Positions 9,254 to 19,114 are shown, counted from the first letter of the stretch. The stretch: 64,000 bases of DNA from Miltoncostaeaceae bacterium (GCA_040219555.1 JAVJSF010000013.1:55507-119506); one strand, 5' to 3'. Notes: generated by a model not told the origin, from the letters alone. A program made the numbers and translations.

Positions 9254-10637
9254 TGGGGGCGATGGCTGACGGGCCCCGTCGGCCGCGGCTCGGCCTTCGC
9301 GCACGCATCCTCGGTGGCTACCTCGTGCTGGTGGGGCTCGCCCTCGTGCTCATCACGGTGGTGACCTTCCGCCAGGCCGACCGTGCCCAGCGGGAGGCCG
9401 TGGACATCGAACTGCGCGAGGAGGTCCGCGACTTCGGGGCCGGCCTGCAGGCGGGGCGCAACGACGGGCTGACCGTCGACGAGGCGATCGACTCCTACAC
9501 CGACTCCTGGCCCGAGGACGACCGCGACTCGATCGTGGTCCTGGTGGGCGAGGAGCCCGTCCGCGGTGCCGGCCCGCTGGCGCGCTTCCCGGTCATGTCG
9601 GATCTCGCGCGCGAGGCCACGTCCCCGCGCCTCATCAACCTGCGTGTCGAGGGCAACGAGTTGCGCGCGTTCGCCACACCTCTCCTGCTCGACGGGCGCC
9701 GGATCGGCGGGACCGTGGTCGCGCGCTTCACCCAGGAGGAGCGCGACGCCCTGTTCGAGCGCCGCCTGGCCGTCCTCCTGGTCGGCGGGCTGGCGTTCCT
9801 GCTGGCCTCGGTGATCGCGTGGTTCACGCTCGGGCGCCTGCTGCGGCCCGTCAAGCAGATCGCCGCGACCGCGGACGGCATCGCGCGCAGCGGCGACCTC
9901 TCGCGGCGCATCGACGTCGGGGCGCGCAACGACGAGGCCGGCGTGCTCGGCACCACCTTCAACCGCATGCTGGAGCGGCTGGAGGGCTCATTCCGTCGCG
10001 AGCAGCGCTTCATCCGCGAGGCCTCGCACGAACTGCGCACGCCCATCACCATCTGCCGCGGGCACCTCGAGGTGCTGGGATCCGACCCCAGCCCGAAGGA
10101 GATCGAGGAGGCCCACGAGGTCGTCGTCGACGAGCTGGCGCGCATGGGGAGGATCGTGGAGGACATGGCCACCCTGGCGCGTGCGGAGGACCCGGGCTTC
10201 ATCCAGCTCCAGGAGGTGCCGGTGGAGCGGTTCCTGGGCGAGGTGGCCCGGGCGGCCGAGCCGCTCCTGGACGGCAGGTTGAAGCTGGAGCAGCCGCCCT
10301 CGGGCGGCCTCATCCGCCTGGACCCGCAGCGCATGCAGCAGGCGCTCCTGAACCTGCTGCAGAACGCGGCCCTTCACGCCCCGGTGGAGACCGAGGTGGT
10401 GCTGGGTGCGGCCGAGAGCGGCTTCGGCTGGCGCCTGTCGGTGGCCGATCGTGGCGGCGGGGTGCCCGCCGGCGAGGAGGAGAAGCTGTTCCGCCCGTTC
10501 GCCCGGGGCGCCTCGCGCGCGCCCGGGTCGGGGCTGGGCCTGGCCATCGTGCGCGGCATCGCCGAGGCGCACGGCGGGCGGGCCGGCTGTGACAACCGCC
10601 CCGGCGTGGGCGCGACCTTCTGGGTGACGGTGCCGAG

Positions 10638-10641
<4 letters not shown>
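9253..10641 (+). CDS. Sensor histidine kinase (two TM, HAMP, HisKA, HATPase_c)
   Basis: FIREASHELRTPITICRGHLEVL (H-box). NLLQNAALHAP (N-box). DRGGGVP and GSGLGLAIVRGIAEAHGG (G-boxes). ATG 9262 is an alternative start. Confidence 0.9.
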
Positions 10642-11306
<665 letters not shown>

Positions 11307-11343
11307 TCGGCCGGTCGCCGTGGGGCCGGCGCGCCGTCCCGGC

Positions 11344-12336
11344 TCAGCCCGGGGCTGGTGAGTGCAGGTGCAGGTGCGCGGGGATGTCGGTCGCCGGCTC
11401 CAGCGCCGCCAGGAGGGCGGCCAGCTCGGGCCGGTCCTCCGGCGCGTGCGCCAGGCAGGCGTCGATGATCTGCGCCAGCTCGCGCGGCAGGCCCCGGCGG
11501 TGCCGGCGTACCGGATCGGCGACGCGCGTGAGCTGCGGCGGCTCGTCATCGCTCTCGGTCCAGCCCGGGTCGTCTTCGGCGCCGGTGCCCGATCCCGTCC
11601 TCGACACCTCGCTCTCGCCGCCGCTCCAGCCCTCGGTGGGCCCGCCGGTCCCGTCCTCATCCTCGTCGTCGTCCGGATGGCCGAAGGCCCGCCGGCCGGC
11701 CGCGGCCTCCCACAGCACGACGCCGAGGCCCCAGACGTCGGCCGGCGGGCCCACCGCACCGCCGCGCGCCTGCTCGGGGGACATGTAGTAGTGGGTGCCG
11801 AGGCCGGCCCTCACCCGGCCGGGCCGCCGCGCCAGGCTGAGGTCGATCACCTTCGCCCGCCCCCCCTCGGCCACGATGTTGCCGGGCTTCAGGTCGAGGT
11901 GCAGCCAGCCCTGGCCGTGCAGGTAGACCAGAGCGGAGGCCACGTGCATCCCCAGATGGGCGATCTCGGCCGGCCCCAGCCGGCGGGTGCTGGTGTGCAG
12001 GAGGTTCCCCAGGGTGGCGCCGGTCAGCGTCTCGGTGACGACCATCGGCTCGGGGGCGCCGGGCGCCGGGTAGCCGCGCACGATGTGGGGGTGGGAGAGG
12101 CGCCGCAGCAGGCGGCCCTCCAGCTCGAGCCGGCGCGCCACCCTGGGCCGGTCCAGGCGATCCGGCCGCGCGACCTTGACCACGCAGCGCGCCGCCCGCT
12201 CCAGGCTGAGCACATCGTGCACATCCAGGTGGCGGCTGCGGTTGATCAGCCCCAGGATGCGCAGCCCCGGGGCGATCTCCGACCCCGCCGGGCGCGGCGG
12301 CGGGCCCTCGTCCGGTCGCTCGACGTACTCGATCAC
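11344..12336 (-). CDS. Atypical Ser/Thr protein kinase-like protein
   Basis: GTG 12336 (GTGA overlap with the upstream ORF). VVKVAR (Lys), HLDLKPGNIV (HRD changed to HLD), VIDLSLAR (DFG changed to DLS), GTHYYMSPEQ, DVWGLGVVLWE. The Gly-rich loop is replaced by LGLINRSRHLDV. There is an acidic insert, HPDDDEDEDG...ESDDEPP. Confidence 0.75.
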   Translation of the reverse strand: MIEYVERPDEGPPPRPAGSEIAPGLRILGLINRSRHLDVHDVLSLERAARCVVKVARPDRLDRPRVARRLELEGRLLRRLSHPHIVRGYPAPGAPEPMVVTETLTGATLGNLLHTSTRRLGPAEIAHLGMHVASALVYLHGQGWLHLDLKPGNIVAEGGRAKVIDLSLARRPGRVRAGLGTHYYMSPEQARGGAVGPPADVWGLGVVLWEAAAGRRAFGHPDDDEDEDGTGGPTEGWSGGESEVSRTGSGTGAEDDPGWTESDDEPPQLTRVADPVRRHRRGLPRELAQIIDACLAHAPEDRPELAALLAALEPATDIPAHLHLHSPAPG

Positions 12337-12944
12337 GCGTGGACCAGAGGCATGCCGGCGTCCCGGTCCGCGGTGGGCCGCCTCTCGGCGGGGGCCCACT
12401 CGCCCACGCGCACGGCGTCCTCGATCTCCCGCTCGCTCGCCCCAGGGCGGCCGACGGCGATGTTCTCGCGGGCGCTCGCCTCGAGCACCAGTGTCTCCTG
12501 GAGCAGCACGGCCACATTCTCGCGCAGCGCGCCCAGGCGCAGGTCCCGCAGGTCGATGCCGTCGTAGCGCACCGAGCCGTCGTCGGGGTCGTCGAAGCGC
12601 AGCAGCATGCGCGCGAGGGTGCTCTTCCCGGCGCCCGAGGGTGTGGCGATGGCGGGCAGGACCGCCGCCATGAGGATGCTCAGGGCCAGCCACCATCGGA
12701 ACGGGCGCAGGTCGGGCCAGAAGCGCCGCATGATCTCGCGCACGCGCACCGTGGGTGCGGCGGCCACGATCTCGGGGCCCATGGTGTCCGGGACGAGCCA
12801 CCGGTTCATCAGCGCGCCAACTCGGCCCATGGTCCACTCCGTCGCTCGCCCGCCGGCGCGCACCGCGCCCCGGCCCACCTCATGCGCCGCAGGGTATGGA
12901 GCCCCCATGAGCGGACGGTGAGCGGCCGATGAGAGCGTTCTCAT
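12333..12944 (-). pseudogene. Remnant of an ABC exporter (N-terminal tip fused to Walker A/Q-loop; TMD, signature and Walker B missing)
   Basis: RRFWPDLRPFRWWLALSILMAAVLP is joined directly to AIATPSGAGKSTLARMLLRFDDPDDGSVRYDGIDLRDLRLGALRENVAVLLQE...ENIAVGRPGASEREIEDA. The ORF then ends with no LSGGQ or Walker B. Confidence 0.6.
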
Positions 12945-13783
12945 GCCGCGTCGAGCGCCGCCCTCAGGGAGCCCGCCTCCCGGGCGAACGCCTCAACCCC
13001 GGTCCACCGGGGCGGATCCACCAGCACGTGGTGCACCCCGAGGCCCGCCAGGGCGGGCGCAAGCAGGGCCACGGCCGGGGCGTCGGCCCTCACGCGGACC
13101 GACAGCGTGAGGTCGCTGTCATCGCGCGTCCTGCCGGCGGCGACGAGGGCCGCGTCGAGACCCTCCAAGCGGCGCGCCAGGCGTTCGGGGGTCGAGGTGG
13201 TGGTGTGCCACCCGTCGCCCAGGCGCACCGCCCGCCCGATCCCGGCCGGCGAGTTCCCCCCGATCCACACCGCCGGCCCGCCCGGGCGCGCGGGCCCCGG
13301 CGCCAGGCGCATGCCGCGCAGGTCGTGCGGGCCGATGTGCACGTCCTCGCGCCCGGCCCACAGCGCGCGGCAGACCGCGATGGCGGTGTCGGTGAGCGCC
13401 CCGCGCCGCCGGAAGGGGACCCCCAGGGCCGCGAACTCGCTCTCGCTCCACCCCGAGGCCGGGCCGGCGATGGCGCGCCCGCCCGACAGGGCATCGAGCG
13501 AGGCCAGCGTCTTGGCCAGCGCCACCGGGTGGCGGTAGGGGGCCACCAGCACGGAGGTGCCGAGGCCCACCCGGTGGGTGGCCGCGGCAGCCCAGGTGAG
13601 GACGGTCAGCGGGTCGTGGAAGTCGGTGGGCGGGCTGTCCGATCCGGCGGGCAGCAGCAGGTGGTCCGACACCCAGAGGTCGTCCGCGCCGGCCTCCTCG
13701 GCGGCCGCGGCGGCCTCGGTCAGTTCGGCGCCCGCCAGCGCGGCGCCGGCGCGGAACTGCGGCAGGTGCAGGCCCAGGCGCAC
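12941..13783 (-). CDS. LLM-class (luciferase-like) F420-dependent oxidoreductase
   Basis: 280 aa with a GTG start 5 nt after GGAG. GADDLWVSDHLL, VGLGTSVLVAPYRHPVALAKTLASLDALSGGR and GWSESEF are typical of the LLM family. Confidence 0.85.
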   Translation of the reverse strand: MRLGLHLPQFRAGAALAGAELTEAAAAAEEAGADDLWVSDHLLLPAGSDSPPTDFHDPLTVLTWAAAATHRVGLGTSVLVAPYRHPVALAKTLASLDALSGGRAIAGPASGWSESEFAALGVPFRRRGALTDTAIAVCRALWAGREDVHIGPHDLRGMRLAPGPARPGGPAVWIGGNSPAGIGRAVRLGDGWHTTTSTPERLARRLEGLDAALVAAGRTRDDSDLTLSVRVRADAPAVALLAPALAGLGVHHVLVDPPRWTGVEAFAREAGSLRAALDAA

Positions 13784-13792
13784 GGCCGCTCC

Positions 13793-16700
13793 TCAGCCCG
13801 TCGCCACGCGGGCCTGCTGGAAGACGTCCGCCGGGAGCGGGTGGCGCAGTTCCCACAGGATGCGCATGGGCCTGCTGCCGGTGTGCTCGCGGTAGGTGGC
13901 GGGGCCCGCGTACAGGTACGGCGGGGTGGTGCCGTCGGCCTCCTTCTTCACGCGGCGCACGAACAGGTGCACGCCGGAGCCGCCCGCGACGTGGTCGCGG
14001 TAGCGCCGGCCCGTGGGGCTGTCGGCGCTCGTCGTGCTCTGAGACTCCCACTGGAAGAGGTCCGGGGTGAGGGCGCGGTCCTCGTACATCGTGGTGGGCG
14101 AGTAGTGGTCGGCGGTCTTGTCGAGGGTGACGAACAGGATGTCGGCGTCCTCGTCGGGAAGCCACTTCACGCCCTCGCGCACCGACGCCGGCTGGCGCAT
14201 GCCGAAGGCCGCCAGCGCCTCGTTGCGCGTGTACCGCGCGTGCACCTGCAGAGGCACCGGGCGCAGCGCGCGCAGGGGCTCGGTGACGCGGTGCCGGCGG
14301 GCGGCCAGCAGCGGCAGCAGGGCCGCCAGCTCGTCGCGGCGCGCCGGCTCGGACCACAGCAGCCGCAAGCCCTGCTCCAGGTCGTCGACCGGGCTGAGCG
14401 AGGTGCCCCAGAGCGCGTGGTGGAACATCGCCAGCAGCCGTCTCCCGCGCGGATCGGCGGGCACCACCGGCACGGTGGGGGAGGCCAGCAGACCGGCCAG
14501 GAACTCCAGCCGCTCGGGGTCGTCGATGTGCAGCAGGCGGCCGATGGCCTTGCCGAGGGCTCCGTCACGCTTGGGGTCGGCCGGCGCACGCCGCTCGTGG
14601 CCGGCGGCGCGGCGCAGTTCGGTCCACGTGCGCCCCGACCCGCGGTAGAGGTCCTCGGGCTCCAGGCCGGTCTCGGCCAGGAAGGTGCCCAGATCGACGT
14701 CGCCCAGCCGGCGCAACTCGGCCGTCAGTTCCTTCGTGTTCACCCGCAGCGCACGCTTCACGCCCTCCAGCACCCGTTCCTGGGTCTGGCGGTCCAGGCG
14801 GATGTGGCAGCCCGCCGGCAGGTGGGGGAAGCGCCCCTGCACCTCCCTGGCCAGGCCGCTGCGACTGGCCCCCGTCAGCGCCCGGAAACGGAGGTCCAGC
14901 CGGAAGTCGGCCGACTGGTGCCCGATGAAGTCCAGCACCGTCAGGCACGGCTTGTCGGGGGTGCGGCGCAGCCCGCGGCCCAGCTGCTGGAGGAAGATCG
15001 TCGCGCTCTCGGTGGGGCGCAGGAACAGCACCGTGTCGATGTCGGGGATGTCCAGGCCCTCGTTCAGCAGGTCCACGGTGAAGAGGATGTTCACCGTTCG
15101 CGCCCGCAGCGCCTGGAGTAGCCGCGCGCGCTCCTCGGGGCCCGTGCGCGAGGTGATGGCCGCCGCGGCGATGCCCCCGTCGATGAACCGGCGCGCCATG
15201 AACTCGGCGTGGTCGATGCTCACGCAGAAGCCCACCGCGCGCATCGCCGCCACGTCGGCCACGCGCTCGCGCACCTCATCGAGGATGCGCCGCACGCGCA
15301 GGTCGTCCCCGGTGAACACGTTGGTCAACTGGTCCACGTCGTAGCCGGTGCCGCGCCGGAAGCGCAGCCCGCGCAGGTCGGTGCCGTCGTCCACGCCGAA
15401 GTAGTGGAAGGGGCACACCAGGCCCTGCTCCAGCGCCTCCCACAGGCGCATCTCCACCGCGATGCGCCCGCCGAACCAGCGCGTCACATCGCCGCCGTCC
15501 ATGCGCTCGGGTGTGGCCGTCAGGCCCAGCAGGATGCGCGGGCGCAGGTGCTCCAGCAGCCGTGCGTAGGTCCGCGTCTCCGGCCCCGCGTGGTGGAACT
15601 CGTCGACGATCACCATGTCGAAGTGGTCCGGCGCCAGGGCGCGCTCCAGGTCCAGGCGCGCAAGCGACTGGATGGAGGCGAAGACGTGCTCGCCCCGCGC
15701 CGGCCGCTCCCCGCCCACCATCAGCTCGCCGAAGCCGGGATCGCCCACGATCTGGCGGAACGTGGACAGGCTCTGTCGCAGGATCTCCTCGCGGTGGGCC
15801 ACGAACAGGAGGCGCCCGACGGTGCCGGCGTCCCGCAGCCGACGGTAGTCGAGCCCCGAGACGATGGTCTTCCCGGTACCGGTGGCCATCACCACCAGGC
15901 TGTGCGGACGGCCGTGGACCCGGCGCTCGGTGTCCAGCAGTTCCAGGATCTCGCGCTGGAAGGGGTACGGCTGCACGTCGATCTGCGCGAGCGGCAGCGC
16001 CTGCGCGGGCGCCCGCTCCACGGAGCGCTGATCCCCCAGCGCCCGGCGCAGGCGCTCCTCCTGTTCGGGGTCGTCCGGGTCGTAGCGCTCGAAGCGCGGA
16101 TCGGCCCAGTACTCGTCGAAGGCGCCGGCGAAGGTGTCGAGGAGGTGGGGCTGCTCCGTGGCGCTGAGGCGCACGTTCCACTCCAGGCCGTCCACGAGAG
16201 CCGTCTTCGAGAGGTTCGACGAGCCCACGTAGGCCGTGCTGAAGCCGGTGTCGCGGTGGAAGAGCCAGGCCTTGGCGTGCAGCTTAGTGGCCTGATCCTC
16301 GAAGGAGAGGTGGACATCGACCCCCAGGCGCGCCAGGCGCTCGATGGCCCGCACCTCGGTGGCGCCCATGTAGGTGCTGGTGATCAGGCGCATGCGGGTG
16401 CCCGTGCGGGCCAGCAGGGTGCGCACCGCGTCCTCGATCAGGCGCACCCCGTGCCATTTCACGAACGCGCAAAGGAGGTCGACCCGGTCGGCGGAGGCCA
16501 GTTCGCGCTCCACCTCGCCGCCGATGTTGGGCTGGCCGCGGGCGTTCATCAGCAGGGCGCTCTGGGCCAGCGGCACGCTGGGGCGGGGGAGGGGCTCCGG
16601 GAGCGCGCCGGCGGGTCCGTCGCCCGGCGGAGCCGGCAGCACCTCGATCAGCTCGCGGGGGTCTCCGTGGACCCACCCGTCGCAGTCGGTCTCCTCGACG

Positions 16701-16939
16701 ATGGCGGCCGCGATGCGGTTCGCCAGCGCCACCTGCCGCGCGACGGCCGCGGTGTCGGTGCCGCCACTCGCGCGCAGCGCCGCGCGGGCGATGGCGTGCA
16801 GATGGCGGGCCAGGGTCTCGTGGGCGTCGCCGGGGTCCAGCCGCTCGGTGCGCACCCGCGCCGCGTCCAGGGCCATGAGCTCGCGGGCGAGGTCCGCGGT
16901 GACAAGGCGCTGGTGGAGGCCGGGGCGCGGCGGGGGCAC
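13793..16939 (-). CDS. SauUSI-type type IV (modification-dependent) restriction enzyme homologue: PLD nuclease, SF2 helicase, DUF3427
   Basis: HKD motif LHAKAWLFHRD...YVGSSNLSKTAL. Helicase motifs VVMATGTGKT, MVIVDEFHH, LGLTATP, QQLGRGLR. C-terminal DUF3427-like region (LFVTLDKTADHYSPTTMYEDRALTPDLFQWESQS...HLFVRR...PYLYAGPATY...RPMRILWEL). Confidence 0.85.
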   Translation of the reverse strand: MPPPRPGLHQRLVTADLARELMALDAARVRTERLDPGDAHETLARHLHAIARAALRASGGTDTAAVARQVALANRIAAAIVEETDCDGWVHGDPRELIEVLPAPPGDGPAGALPEPLPRPSVPLAQSALLMNARGQPNIGGEVERELASADRVDLLCAFVKWHGVRLIEDAVRTLLARTGTRMRLITSTYMGATEVRAIERLARLGVDVHLSFEDQATKLHAKAWLFHRDTGFSTAYVGSSNLSKTALVDGLEWNVRLSATEQPHLLDTFAGAFDEYWADPRFERYDPDDPEQEERLRRALGDQRSVERAPAQALPLAQIDVQPYPFQREILELLDTERRVHGRPHSLVVMATGTGKTIVSGLDYRRLRDAGTVGRLLFVAHREEILRQSLSTFRQIVGDPGFGELMVGGERPARGEHVFASIQSLARLDLERALAPDHFDMVIVDEFHHAGPETRTYARLLEHLRPRILLGLTATPERMDGGDVTRWFGGRIAVEMRLWEALEQGLVCPFHYFGVDDGTDLRGLRFRRGTGYDVDQLTNVFTGDDLRVRRILDEVRERVADVAAMRAVGFCVSIDHAEFMARRFIDGGIAAAAITSRTGPEERARLLQALRARTVNILFTVDLLNEGLDIPDIDTVLFLRPTESATIFLQQLGRGLRRTPDKPCLTVLDFIGHQSADFRLDLRFRALTGASRSGLAREVQGRFPHLPAGCHIRLDRQTQERVLEGVKRALRVNTKELTAELRRLGDVDLGTFLAETGLEPEDLYRGSGRTWTELRRAAGHERRAPADPKRDGALGKAIGRLLHIDDPERLEFLAGLLASPTVPVVPADPRGRRLLAMFHHALWGTSLSPVDDLEQGLRLLWSEPARRDELAALLPLLAARRHRVTEPLRALRPVPLQVHARYTRNEALAAFGMRQPASVREGVKWLPDEDADILFVTLDKTADHYSPTTMYEDRALTPDLFQWESQSTTSADSPTGRRYRDHVAGGSGVHLFVRRVKKEADGTTPPYLYAGPATYREHTGSRPMRILWELRHPLPADVFQQARVATG

Positions 16940-16945
16940 GCCGGC

Positions 16946-16951
16946 ACTCTA
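16946..16951 (-). promoter_or_regulatory. -10-like TAGAGT 6 nt upstream of the GTG of the restriction-like gene
   Basis: TANNNT read on the minus strand. Leaderless-type geometry. Confidence 0.45.
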
Positions 16952-16995
16952 TGGCGCACCCCGGACACGCGGGCGCGCAGGGCCTCCGCGGTGCC

Positions 16996-18495
16996 TCAGG
17001 CCGGCGCGAAGCGCACGGTGCGGGTGTCCACGTCGGCCTCCACCAGCACTGCGCGGACGCGCTCGCCCAGGGGCAGGCGCGACCCCTCCGGCCCGGCGAT
17101 GCGCGCCGCCACCGCGGGGTCGTCCAGCATCAGCAGGCCGCGGTGCGGTGCGCCGGCATCGCGGGTGACCACCGTCCCCTCGATGGTCCCGCCCACGTGA
17201 GGTGCCAGCACGGCGGCCTCCACCAGACTCGTGACCGCTCCCTCGTATGTGGATGCGCGCCGGCCCGATCGCGCCATGGTCTCGGGGAGGTCCGGCAGGC
17301 CCTCGCGCACCCACCCCGGGGCGGGCCGCCCCGCGCAGGCGGCCACGCAGGCTTCGAGCGCGAAGCGGTCCACCAGCCGGCGCAGCGGGGCGGTGACATG
17401 CGCGTACGGGCTCGCCAGGCCGGCGTGCAGCGCCAGGTCGCCATCGGGCGGATCGCCGTCGAAGGCCCGGTAGCCCGAGCCGCGCAGCAGTCGCTGACAG
17501 GCCGCGAGCATGGCGGCGTGAGCCGGGCGGGACGGGTTGAGACCGTGGACCATCACCGCGTGGGGCTCGCCCTCGGCCCACGGGACCCCGAGCGCCCGGG
17601 CGGTCCGGCGCAGGCGCGCCAGGTCCTCATCGGCCGGCGGGGGCAGCGTGCGCACCACGCCCACGCCCGCGTCGAGCATGATCCGCGCAGCCGCCATGCC
17701 GGTCAGCAGCGACACCTGGGCGTTCCAGCGCTCCACCGGCAGCATGCTGCGGAAGGCCAGCGACCAGCGCTCGCCCTCCACGCGGACCTCCTGCTCCGGG
17801 ATGGGCAACGACACCCCGCCGCGGGCGGTCTCGGCCGCCACCAGCAGCGGGCCCAGCCGGGCGAGAGGTGCGAGCGCCGGCGGCGCCTCGCCGGCGTCCA
17901 GCAGGGCCTGGGCCCTCTCGTAGTCCAGCCGCAGAACGGTCCGCACCCGCGCGCGGCGGACGGCCGCCGTGCGCGTCAGGCCGTCCGGGCCGACCTCGAT
18001 CTCCCACAGCAGGGCCGGCCGCACCTGCCCGGGCAGCAGCGAGGCCGCGTCCTCGGAGAGGGCCGGCGGGTGAAGGGGCAGCGAGCGCTCGGGGCCGTAC
18101 AGGGTCTCGCCGCGGGCGCGTGCCTCGCGGTCCACCGGGTCGCCCGGGTCCACGAAGGCGGCGACGTCGGCGATGGCGTAGTGCACGCGCACCCCGCCGT
18201 CGGGCAGATCGGCCAGGTGCATCGCCTGGTCCAGGTCCATCGAGCCGGGCGGATCGACCGTGACCATCTCCAGGTCGGTGCGCTCGGCGCGTGGCGTCGG
18301 ATCGGTGGGGCCGCGGGCGGCAGCCCGGGTGGCGGCGGCGACCACCTCCGGGGGGAAGCCCTCGGGGAGATCGATCTCGGCCCCGATGCGCTCCACCTGC
18401 GCCCGCAGGGGCGCCGCGGCGGCATGGGCGACGCGCAGGATGCGGCCCGGGGGCTCGGGCGGCGCGGTGGCGCCGGGCGGGACGGCCGTGCTCAC
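16996..18495 (-). CDS. RNB domain-containing ribonuclease (RNase II/R family)
   Basis: 499 aa. VTVDPPGSMDLDQAMH, VHYAIADVAAFV, ETLYGPERSLPLHP and YAHVTAPLRRLVDR are RNB catalytic motifs. Confidence 0.85.
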   Translation of the reverse strand: MSTAVPPGATAPPEPPGRILRVAHAAAAPLRAQVERIGAEIDLPEGFPPEVVAAATRAAARGPTDPTPRAERTDLEMVTVDPPGSMDLDQAMHLADLPDGGVRVHYAIADVAAFVDPGDPVDREARARGETLYGPERSLPLHPPALSEDAASLLPGQVRPALLWEIEVGPDGLTRTAAVRRARVRTVLRLDYERAQALLDAGEAPPALAPLARLGPLLVAAETARGGVSLPIPEQEVRVEGERWSLAFRSMLPVERWNAQVSLLTGMAAARIMLDAGVGVVRTLPPPADEDLARLRRTARALGVPWAEGEPHAVMVHGLNPSRPAHAAMLAACQRLLRGSGYRAFDGDPPDGDLALHAGLASPYAHVTAPLRRLVDRFALEACVAACAGRPAPGWVREGLPDLPETMARSGRRASTYEGAVTSLVEAAVLAPHVGGTIEGTVVTRDAGAPHRGLLMLDDPAVAARIAGPEGSRLPLGERVRAVLVEADVDTRTVRFAPA

Positions 18496-18502
18496 GGCGG
18501 TG

Positions 18503-18508
18503 AGCGTA
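18503..18508 (-). promoter_or_regulatory. -10-like TACGCT 7 nt upstream of the RNB gene GTG
   Basis: TANNNT read on the minus strand. Confidence 0.4.
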
Positions 18509-18567
18509 CGCCGCCGGCGCGGCAGCGATCGGGTTGGTCGGCGCGGTCAGACCGCCCGCCCGGCTCC

Positions 18568-19044
18568 TCAGCCCTGGGGCATCTTCATCTGGCTCGGGCG
18601 CACGCCGTAGCGCGCGATCATCACGGCGGTCTCGACCGCCTCCGCCTTCAGCTCACCCTTGGAGCGGTCGGCCACGTGCCAGGCCTCGCCCTGCAGGTAG
18701 GCCAGCCGCTCGGGGGCGTCGCCTAGGCCGAGCGAGCGCTCCGCCTCGGCGCGCAGATAGGCCAGGATCTCGCGCGTCTCCTCGGGCCCCCACCTGGGCT
18801 GCTGGAACGGCCACTCCTTGTTGCGCAGGATGAACCACCACAACAGGCCCACCAGCGGGAACTTCAGGACGAAGACCGAGAAGATCACCCACAGCGTCTG
18901 CAGGTGCTGGTTGCCGGCCATCGTGGGCGTGAGCACCAGGAGGAAGCTGCCGAACAGTGCCACCGCGATGCAGCCCGCAAGGGTGCCGATCATCCGGCGA
19001 CGGCGCACCCGGCCCTCGGGCGTGAAGAGGAACCGCTGCAGCAT
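18568..19044 (-). CDS. Hypothetical small membrane protein
   Basis: Internal ATG 19044 with GGAG 4 nt upstream. Two hydrophobic helices (IGTLAGCIAVALFGSFLLVL, LWVIFSVFVLKFPLVGLLWWFIL) and a charged C-terminal tail. Confidence 0.55.
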   Translation of the reverse strand: MLQRFLFTPEGRVRRRRMIGTLAGCIAVALFGSFLLVLTPTMAGNQHLQTLWVIFSVFVLKFPLVGLLWWFILRNKEWPFQQPRWGPEETREILAYLRAEAERSLGLGDAPERLAYLQGEAWHVADRSKGELKAEAVETAVMIARYGVRPSQMKMPQG

Positions 19045-19100
19045 CACGCTCCATCGTCCCGGATCGCCATTCCCCGGGCAACCCCCCCGGGGGTACGGGG

Positions 19101-19106
19101 TACACT
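19101..19106 (+). promoter_or_regulatory. -10-like TACACT 8 nt upstream of the thrS ATG
   Basis: TANNNT with no SD sequence. Confidence 0.4.
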
Positions 19107-19114
19107 CGCCCGCG

